A DNA stretch of 64,000 nucleotides from positions 114,171 to 178,170 of the IMG/VR virus record IMGVR_UViG_3300020576_003495; one strand, 5' to 3'. Every line of letters starts with the position of its first letter. Positions within the stretch are counted from its first letter, which is position 1. A program made the translations under genes and the position numbers. Source of the DNA: a virus. Its lineage: Duplodnaviria > Caudoviricetes. Below the pieces are notes generated by a model, which did not search any database, had not been told where the DNA came from, and saw only the letters and a list, made by a program, of their open reading frames with translations. Below, one piece after another: positions 17,065 to 24,390 of this stretch.

Positions 17065-17607
17065 ATGAAAGGGATACCACTAACATACCCTTATAATGAT
17101 TGTGTGGGTTACATTCAACACAGTAAGGACGGCAGGGCGTATTTGTACCTATACAACCCAACAACTAAAAGAAGGCGTCTAATAGCTTACGCTAGGTATT
17201 TATTGTCTGTGGAGTTGGGGCGCTTTTTGCTGCCAGAAGAACAAGTTGACCACATAGACGATAACCCGCTTAACGATGCGTTGTCTAATCTACAGGTTCT
17301 CTCTGTGGATGACCACAAGAAAAAGACAGCTAAGAGTGCTGCCAGCAAAATAGAGTGGGTAGAGTTTTCTTGCCCTACATGCGGTGTTAAATTTAAACGC
17401 ACTAGGCGAATTGTTAACCAGAGTATGAAGTCTTATGGTGATAGTTGGGCTCCAAGCTGTTCGATAAGCTGCGCTACGGCACGCACTAAAGGTACATCTG
17501 ACGACACTAAGCTTAAAATAAAACAGCTTAGGCTTTTGGGGCAGTCTGGTTATGAAATAGCCAGTGCTCTAGGCGTTAGCAGGAACACGGTAATGAAGTA
17601 TTGGTAA
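17065..17607 (+). CDS. HNH homing endonuclease with C-terminal HTH
   Basis: VDHIDDNPLNDALSNLQ; C-terminus RNTVMKYW identical to 6771..7247. Confidence 0.9.
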   Translation: MKGIPLTYPYNDCVGYIQHSKDGRAYLYLYNPTTKRRRLIAYARYLLSVELGRFLLPEEQVDHIDDNPLNDALSNLQVLSVDDHKKKTAKSAASKIEWVEFSCPTCGVKFKRTRRIVNQSMKSYGDSWAPSCSISCATARTKGTSDDTKLKIKQLRLLGQSGYEIASALGVSRNTVMKYW

Positions 17608-17611
17608 TTTT

Positions 17612-17687
17612 GCTTTCGTGCCTCAATTGGTACAGGACAACTCTTGTAAGGTTGCATTTGTCGGTTCGAGTCCGACCGAAAGCTCCA
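17612..17687 (+). tRNA. tRNA-Thr(TGT)
   Basis: CAACT-CTTGTAA-GGTTG; CCA. Confidence 0.9.
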
Positions 17688-17729
17688 AGAACGCAGCTTG
17701 AGTGTGTTCGATTCACACAACCGGCACCA
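17688..17729 (+). pseudogene. 3' half of the split tRNA
   Basis: GTGTG-TTCGATT-CACAC AACCGGC ACCA. Confidence 0.7.
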
Positions 17730-17795
17730 AAATAATGCTTGACAAAACTGTTGCATAGAGTAGAATCACTTCCACTTATAACGGAGTGATTAAAT

Positions 17796-18080
17796 ATGAA
17801 TACTATTAAACAGGAGGATACCCCCGCCCGTCGACGTTACACCATTCAAACCGTGTATTACTTGCGGGATAAGGTAGTCCGTACCAATCATGCGGCACAC
17901 GCCAACAATGCCGTGCAGAACTGCGTAGGACACATGCAACTCAATCGCTATGCCGCCATGAGGGCGGAAGTGTTTGACAGCGCCAGCGGCGTGCTGCATG
18001 CGGTTATTACCCGTAGTATTGTTGGGCACATCGGTATCGTGTTCAAGCGTGAAGTGAAGGAGCACTACAATGGCGGATAA
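17796..18080 (+). CDS. hypothetical protein
   Basis: Promoter at 17739, AACGGAGTG RBS. Confidence 0.75.
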   Translation: MNTIKQEDTPARRRYTIQTVYYLRDKVVRTNHAAHANNAVQNCVGHMQLNRYAAMRAEVFDSASGVLHAVITRSIVGHIGIVFKREVKEHYNGG

Positions 18081-18489
18081 AATCTCTAGGCATGAGCAGT
18101 TGGTGCGTGCGGCTAAAGGGCGAGCCATTATCACGTCTTACTTGAATACCAAGACAGAACCCGTTCCCCGTGGGAAAATATTGGAAGACTGTGGAGACAG
18201 ACTGGCCGAGTTGGATTATACCGAATCGAGTCTGGACAACTTTCTGTACACCATGGGTAACAGCGGTTTGTTGACCAAGAAGCCCGACCCTACCGGAAAA
18301 TTATATCTGTGGAGTACCATGCCCAGCGATGGGGGCAAAGTGCCGTTGCGAAAGGCACCATCGAGTAAGGTCAAGGATAAACAGGACAAAGCTAGTCCAG
18401 CAGCGATTACACTGGACATTATCAAGTCGTCGGGGCGTGTTCGGTTGACGATCAACGGTCTGGTGATCGAAGTCGGTGTGATTGAGTAA
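18070..18489 (+). CDS. winged-helix-like protein
   Basis: GGAG RBS; LYTMGNSGLLTK...LYLW. Confidence 0.6.
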   Translation: MADKISRHEQLVRAAKGRAIITSYLNTKTEPVPRGKILEDCGDRLAELDYTESSLDNFLYTMGNSGLLTKKPDPTGKLYLWSTMPSDGGKVPLRKAPSSKVKDKQDKASPAAITLDIIKSSGRVRLTINGLVIEVGVIE

Positions 18490-18540
18490 GCACCCACCAA
18501 AAAACTCTTGACAAACGTAGATGGTTGCAGTAGACTGTAG

Positions 18541-18815
18541 TTGTGTTTCGGAGAATCGTTAGAGTGAAACACGGTATGGAAGACAGGACGCGCATTCCGG
18601 CATCAAAAAGCGCCTGAGTTACCCGAATCGAGTAGGGTTGGCCTCTGAAAAGAGTAAGTCCAGTAAGGGTGTTAGTAAGGGAACGGTGACGCGGATCGGT
18701 GTAGCGTAGGTGCCTTCGGGCCGAGAGTGGCAAAGTATGAGCCAGCAGACCATGTAGCCGACAACGAGCCTGACACAAAGCCGCGAGTAGTGTAGACGAC
18801 GATTCTCCAAAACAA
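18541..18815 (+). ncRNA. ~275-nt promoter-driven closed-stem RNA
   Basis: Promoter at 18508; GGAGAATCGTT/GACGATTCTCC closing stem. Confidence 0.6.
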
Positions 18816-19521
18816 TTGAAATTACTTGCAACGGAGTGTTAAGTGAAAAAGAGAAGCGCAAAACGAAATGTCTGGGGTAACGTGGTTGGTTACGAGGGTG
18901 GTCGTCGCGCCGAAGAATTTGGTCACGCTGATTACGCTGATCTTTGGGCTGAGTTGTGGGTTAGCGGGATGAGCAGAGAAGAAGCAGAGTGCAGGGCGCT
19001 TGATTCACGCACTCGTGAGCCTGTTCATGGTGTTGGGCATATGCAAGGTCGGGGTGCCGCATGACCGTACCTTTCAAGCAAGATACGTTTTACCGATGTT
19101 ATGATGAGGGTTGGGGGGAGAAGGGTGTTTATGATCACGAACTATCCTTTGACCAAGCGTATCAGCACATAGTCGATGCGTCTGGAAAAGATGTTGCTGA
19201 CATGTGGGTAAAGTATGAAGACCCGATGTTCGAGTACGGTATGTTTGGACACACTCGCATGGTTGCTTCGCTTTGGTTTGATCCTGATGATTGGGAAGGG
19301 TCTGATGACTGGTAATACTGATAGGGGGGTGGCTAATGAAAGCTGAATACAGGAAGTTGAACGACAGAACACAGAACAGCAGCACTTACCACAAGAAGGA
19401 TGGCACTGCTGTTCGGGCCAAGCTTAACGCTGAAACCCGCAAGGAAGAACTGGCAAGGCAAGCACAAAACCCTATGCCTGTTCATGGTTTTTGGTAGGCT
19501 ATTAGTTTGGCGGTTAACATT

Positions 19522-19684
19522 GCAAGGGTAGTTCAGTCCGGTAGAACCATCGCTCTGGATATATTGAAACGGAAACAGCTAAGGAAAACAAGTAAGGCTG
19601 ATACCTGCCACACTGCACCCGAAAAGTGCAACACTGTGGCCTCAAGTGAGTGTAATCGCAGGTTCGAATCCTGCCCCTTGCACC
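19522..19684 (+). ncRNA. tRNA-like RNA with ~90-nt insertion in the anticodon arm
   Basis: Perfect acceptor GCAAGGG/CCCTTGC, canonical D and T arms. Confidence 0.75.
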
Positions 19685-20132
19685 TAACGGATATTTATGA
19701 AACTGACTGACGAATTAAAAAACAAGATTGACAGCATGAGCTACATTGACATGCTAGCCCAGTGGCGGTTTTACCCAATTGGCTACGAACTGTTTCAGGA
19801 TGAATCGGGTGAGTATTTCTCAAACAGGCTGTTTGCTTTGCGGGATGCTTATCCAGATGCCGCTGTGGCCGCAAGCAAATCAATAGGGTGGGATCAATGA
19901 AAGCCGCTATCGTTATTGATTCATGGAAGTACGAGATTTTTGATCGCAACCTTCGTCAGTTTGGTTATGCTTATGAAGAAGCCCCAAGCCTGACTAAGAC
20001 TACACGGACGCTTCTGGTTAAGACCGACAATCTTGAAGCCTTGGCTGAAGTCGTGAAGAAATCAAACATCGAAGCGGCTAAGACAAAAAAGGCTTGACAA
20101 ATGTTTTAACCTGCTGTATCATACTTTTCTTT

Positions 20133-20214
20133 GAAAACCTTTTCGTAGTCCAGTGGCAAGATATGTGACATACCAGACACGACGGCGGGTTCGATTCCCC
20201 CCGAAAAGGTTTTC
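20133..20214 (+). ncRNA. tRNA-like RNA with 13-bp acceptor stem
   Basis: GAAAACCTTTTCG/CGAAAAGGTTTTC, D and T arms; promoter at 20094. Confidence 0.65.
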
Positions 20215-20443
20215 CGTAGCACTAGGGTACTTTTTGATCGACAGTTTTTAGTAACGCACTGGTAGACGATTCTACCGTTAAGCCCTCGGAACTAGGTGGC
20301 ACTAGGGGCGGTGCTGCCACTACCGAAAACTGCCGTTCAAAGAGTATTTAGGCGGGGCATATTCGTTACAGGGCGTTTGAAGTCCCGTAGGGCGCGGGTC
20401 TAGTTCTGTAGGGGAGTCTGGATAGCCCCGCCTAAGTATTTTT

Positions 20444-20528
20444 GCGGGTGTGGTACAAAGGTGTGCACTTGCCTTCCAAGCAAGCAGTCGAAAGACGTAT
20501 GAGAGTTCGAGTCTCTTCACCCGCTCCA
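20444..20528 (+). tRNA. tRNA-Gly(TCC) with extra variable arm
   Basis: CTTGC-CTTCCAA-GCAAG; GTC-GAAA-GAC arm; TCCA. Confidence 0.88.
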
Positions 20529-20628
20529 AGTTTTAGTCAGTGCAGTGCATCGGAACGGTTCGGGTTCTGGTTGGCAGCAAGGTCGTGTCATGGTCGAAAC
20601 AGTTGATGCGGTACTGCACTTACTAAAG

Positions 20629-20984
20629 TCAGGTCTGTATTGAGGTTGTCACAGGTTCCATACCCCTATGGCTGGAAATCCGGCAACGGTAGAGCAGACT
20701 TGATAATTGCTGTAATTCTACTTGACGGTAAGCGTTTCGGACGCGGGGGCAGAACCCGCCGCCTCCACCAAACAGGGTCTTGCAAAGGGCTTTGCTTAAT
20801 GGGGGCGACACAGTTTCGACGGGGCGTGGATAAGATGGTGGCAGCAGGATAGGTGACTGCCCTAAGCAGCGCAAAACTTTAACTGCAAACGACTCGCAGT
20901 ATCGTGTAGCGGCTTAGCCGTTACGGAGTTTGCCCACCAAACCTACTTTGTAGGGGGCTTGGCAACAGAAAGTGGGCAGTACTT
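20629..20984 (+). ncRNA. ssrA: circularly permuted (two-piece) tmRNA
   Basis: CGCCTCCACCA ends at 20770, before GGGGGCG..TTTCGAC at 20801; G3:U70; tag ANDSQYRVAA* at 20885-20917; outer boundaries approximate. Confidence 0.9.
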
Positions 20985-21488
20985 TTTATGGTCACCCATA
21001 AAAAAATTAAACGCCATTTCTTTACGGCAGATAAGGCAGCTAACCCTACGTTGTTTTTTACCCTGCATGGGGTTGTTACCAGAAGCCGATTGTTCTTTTC
21101 GTTTAGTTGTGATGTAGTCTTTGAAAGACGGGTCATCCCTAGTTTTTTTCCACAAGGCACCAGACCCGAGTATTCCAGCGGCTCGTTTGTTCATAGTGCT
21201 AAATAGCACGGGCTGGACGGCTATATTGAGGCTTTGTTTAGACGCATAAGTTTCGCGTATAAGGGATTGTTCATATTCAAACGCAGCTTCTTTATTGGGA
21301 AACTCAGCAATAACTTTGTAGTCGAACAACTTGAATCGGGGTTTTACTAGCTTAGACGAGGTTTTATAAATGTGCCCAAGGTCTTCAAGGGCGGGTACTT
21401 TATTAGCCCACCTGACACCGATATAAAATTCTTGTGTTTCTCTGTTGGTGCATTGGTACACGTATGGTAGTATTTTAGGTGAGGTCAT
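20943..21488 (-). CDS. GIY-YIG homing endonuclease
   Basis: YVYQCTN...FYIGVR; NUMOD3-like NPMQGKK. Confidence 0.85.
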   Translation of the reverse strand: MTSPKILPYVYQCTNRETQEFYIGVRWANKVPALEDLGHIYKTSSKLVKPRFKLFDYKVIAEFPNKEAAFEYEQSLIRETYASKQSLNIAVQPVLFSTMNKRAAGILGSGALWKKTRDDPSFKDYITTKRKEQSASGNNPMQGKKQRRVSCLICRKEMAFNFFMGDHKKYCPLSVAKPPTK

Positions 21489-21690
21489 AAGGTATTTTAC
21501 CTTTTGTTGATTATTCTGACAACAGAATCTAACCCTTACCACCTACTTCGAGGGGCATTGTCGAGTAAGCAAGCTGTGTGGGGTTGATTGTCGACGGACG
21601 ATACGAGCGCACAAGGAAACGAAAGATGCAGCTTTGGGGATGGTACCGTTCCCTTAGAACATAGAACAGTGCAACGCGAAGTGTGTGTTT

Positions 21691-21822
21691 TTAGCAGGGG
21701 TGGTCTCACTGCAATGAATGGGCACCATGGAAGGCTCAGACAAAGCAGGACGAAACGAGACTATGCTATCGGGAGGCATCCTTATAGATGACGAAGGGTT
21801 CAAGTCCCTGCACCCCCGCTAA
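21691..21822 (+). ncRNA. tRNA-Pro(CGG)-like RNA with a large D-loop insertion
   Basis: ATGCT-ATCGGGA-GGCAT arm; AGGG-TTCAAGT-CCCT; extended acceptor pairing. Confidence 0.55.
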
Positions 21823-22164
21823 GAGCATACTATGTGGAGTTATTATGAAAGCAACACCGAAATCGTGTTCATGCGTACAATGCACGTATGGCAAGAGAAC
21901 AAAGCCGGGTAAGACCATGTTGAAGAAAGCTGAGCGTGCTTTCAGGCACGGCAGCAAGCAAGCCCTGTCGATGGGTAAAGAAGACTATCTTCCTGCCCCA
22001 AAGACGGATAGAATAAGTTAGGATTTACCTTGATGGGGTCTGGCTTAGGTGTCGATGTGGGGCCAGCATCCAAGGTGACAGTTAGACTCCATCAAAGTGA
22101 GTGCTACCTTGTACTGCGTGATAACACGCGGCAGCGGTACGGTCTGATCGTCAGACCACTCACT

Positions 22165-22306
22165 ACCTACCTTGGTGGGCACTGGTAACACGGTCAGAGT
22201 TGGGCGCTGGCTGGCTGGTAGCGACCGATTTAGTCGGCTTAAAATAGCTATCCGCAGCGTCTTCCGTAGCTAGTGCACTAGCTGATCAGTGCCCACCAAA
22301 GTAGGT
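22165..22306 (+). ncRNA. RNA or inverted repeat with 22-bp closing stem
   Basis: ACCTACCTTGGTGGGCACTGGT / ATCAGTGCCCACCAAAGTAGGT. Confidence 0.55.
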
Positions 22307-22999
22307 TACAGGAAACGTCAAGGCAAAAAGCCAGTCTCACGGGTAACACCCGAGCATGGGGCGTGATGGCAAGCCACAGGAAAGGGAGAACGGGAAACCG
22401 CAGTCCTGCCTGACTTGAAGCTAACGGGATTCGCCCCGGTGCCTGTACCTACACCTTATTGGGGGTCTTATGGAAACCGCTAACGAAAAAGTAGGAACTG
22501 CTGTTATTGTTGATGGGCAGATTGTGGCGTGGTTTTCTGAGTGGGATGAAGCTGCACGAGATTGGTGTACAGAGAACTTCTTTGGGTTGTGGTTGACGTT
22601 CCGAGCTAAAGCCCCCGCGATTATTCCTTTGACTGAGGATGAGATTGTTGAGATTGAAAAAGGTGCTGCTGAACTGTGTGCTAAGTTTGCCGACATGGGC
22701 GAGTCGGGGTATTGAAAGTGATTGTAGTCTTGCCGGGGGAATAGTTATGCTTGAGAATACGCAGAAGTGGGTACACCTAGTTATGGATTCATCGACAACC
22801 CCTATTAGCTACTTTGTTGATGGGGTGCTCGCAACAGAGCAGGAGTACCACAAGTTGAAATTCGTGGCTGTTCGGCGCGGGATTAACCCTGACTTTTATT
22901 TGATTAACGTGTCAGACGCTAATCATTAGAAATTGAAAGTAATTGCAATTTTCGGAAGATTGCCTCTGTGTTAGAGTTGTGTTTTATGCGGGGTGAGCT

Positions 23000-23341
23000 A
23001 TGTTTGCTAAAATTCTGAAAGGTGGGCCGGGGTCAGGGCCGCACGCCGTAGGTGAGTTATATCGCGGCCACAGGATTTACACTTCGGTTTCGCAAAGCAG
23101 CACAAAGGTTCCTAAGTTCGTGGGCGGGAAGCAGACGGGTTATCAGAATAAGAAGCTGGATGTTCCTAAGTACGAACTGCTTCACCCAGAAGATCACAAG
23201 ACCTTGATTAACCCAAAGACAGGGGAAGCATCAAGCGATTGGGCTAAGACGCAGTATTGGAGTACGCGAGGGACGTTGGATGACGCCAAGAAGGCTGTGG
23301 ACGCCCTGCACGAAAAAGGATTATCACAATTTAAAGAATAA
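23000..23341 (+). CDS. hypothetical protein with FAKILK-GGPGSG motif
   Basis: N-terminus shared with 13852..14274. Confidence 0.75.
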   Translation: MFAKILKGGPGSGPHAVGELYRGHRIYTSVSQSSTKVPKFVGGKQTGYQNKKLDVPKYELLHPEDHKTLINPKTGEASSDWAKTQYWSTRGTLDDAKKAVDALHEKGLSQFKE

Positions 23342-23345
23342 CACT

Positions 23346-23420
23346 CGTGGTGTGGCAGAGAGGCTATGCAACTCTTTCATACGGAGTACCACGGAGATTC
23401 GAATTCTCCCACCACGACCA
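23346..23420 (+). tRNA. tRNA(CAT), elongator Met or Ile2
   Basis: ACTCT-TTCATAC-GGAGT; ACCA. Confidence 0.85.
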
Positions 23421-23437
23421 GTTTTATTAGAATCATT

Positions 23438-23507
23438 ACCCCCTCCAATGGAAGGCTTGTGGTCTACGAAACCGCTATGATACGTTCGATGCGTATAGGG
23501 GGTGCCA
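23438..23507 (+). tRNA. tRNA-Arg(ACG), non-canonical
   Basis: ACCCCCT/AGGGGGT; loop CTACGAA; reduced D arm; GCCA. Confidence 0.78.
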
Positions 23508-23514
23508 GTTTTAT

Positions 23515-23589
23515 GCGGGGTTGGGTGAAAGATTAGCCGCCTCTCCTACAAAGAGTTCGATGCAGGTTTGAGTCCTGCACCCCGCACCA
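23515..23589 (+). tRNA. tRNA-Val(TAC) with C33
   Basis: CTCT-CCTACAA-AGAG; ACCA. Confidence 0.82.
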
Positions 23590-23595
23590 TGTTTT

Positions 23596-23663
23596 GCCCT
23601 TGCCAGTGGATAGGGCTTTGGTTTCCGATACCGAAGCTGTAGGTTCGATTCCTACCAAGGGCG
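23596..23663 (+). tRNA. tRNA-Arg(CCG), non-canonical, no encoded CCA
   Basis: GCCCTTG/CAAGGGC; loop TTCCGAT; reduced D arm. Confidence 0.75.
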
Positions 23664-23684
23664 CGTAGTGTAACGGAGTGTGGA

Positions 23685-24302
23685 ATGAAACCGCTGAAGT
23701 ACGCTGATGAAGCCCTTGACATGTTTACCAAGCTGCTAAAAGTGGCTGGTACAAAAGATCGCATGCAGCAGGTAGAAGACGCTTTTGGGTTTAAGCAGTA
23801 CGGGATACTGGACGCACTAAAATCAGCGCCACGGTTCATGATGCCCGATGCGGGGCTGTATTTTGAGAACAAGCAAGAAGCCCTGAAAGTGGATGATGAA
23901 ATACTCCACTTGCCGTACCCTGAAATAATTTTAGAGTATGCCTTTCCAAAAACACTTCATGATTTGAGTGACCCAAAATCCCCCGAAGGGGGCGGGTATT
24001 GTACAAAGCGCATCGTCATTGTAAGGGAGCATACCGCAGGGGCGGATGACATGGGCAAGGGTGGTGTTGAGTTCTCTGGGATCATGATCCTACCCGTATT
24101 GTATTTTGACGACATGGGTAAGTGGATTACTACGGATGGGTTCTCCATGATCCCCCGAACGGAAGGACACACAGATGAGGTTATGGGCGCTCACTGCATG
24201 TACACCAAGCACCACCAAGTTCCGCTGATCGCACTGAAATCATCAAAGCTTCTTTTTGAGCAAAAGGGTTTGGGTTACGCCCTGTATTGTGGGGAACCCT
24301 GA
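23685..24302 (+). CDS. hypothetical protein, possibly 3'-truncated
   Basis: AACGGAGTG RBS; ends inside the structured leader of the next gene. Confidence 0.7.
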   Translation: MKPLKYADEALDMFTKLLKVAGTKDRMQQVEDAFGFKQYGILDALKSAPRFMMPDAGLYFENKQEALKVDDEILHLPYPEIILEYAFPKTLHDLSDPKSPEGGGYCTKRIVIVREHTAGADDMGKGGVEFSGIMILPVLYFDDMGKWITTDGFSMIPRTEGHTDEVMGAHCMYTKHHQVPLIALKSSKLLFEQKGLGYALYCGEP

Positions 24303-24390
24303 GTTGGGAGTGATTACCAAGGACTACGCCTTGGTCAAGTAGCTCTATTTGTGTTAACCTACGGGAATTGTCCCAATTTTATTAGAAAGG

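Noticed and set aside
20936-21555. Target-site duplication ACCTACTT around the GIY-YIG gene
   Set aside because: Only 8 nt, and both copies are explained as parts of adjacent structured RNAs.
21700-21760. Hammerhead ribozyme (GACGAAAC)
   Set aside because: No CUGANGA core in the required position.
23515-23589. tRNA at 23515 as an amber suppressor (CTA in the loop)
   Set aside because: Stem register centres TAC in the 7-nt loop, so it is Val with C33.
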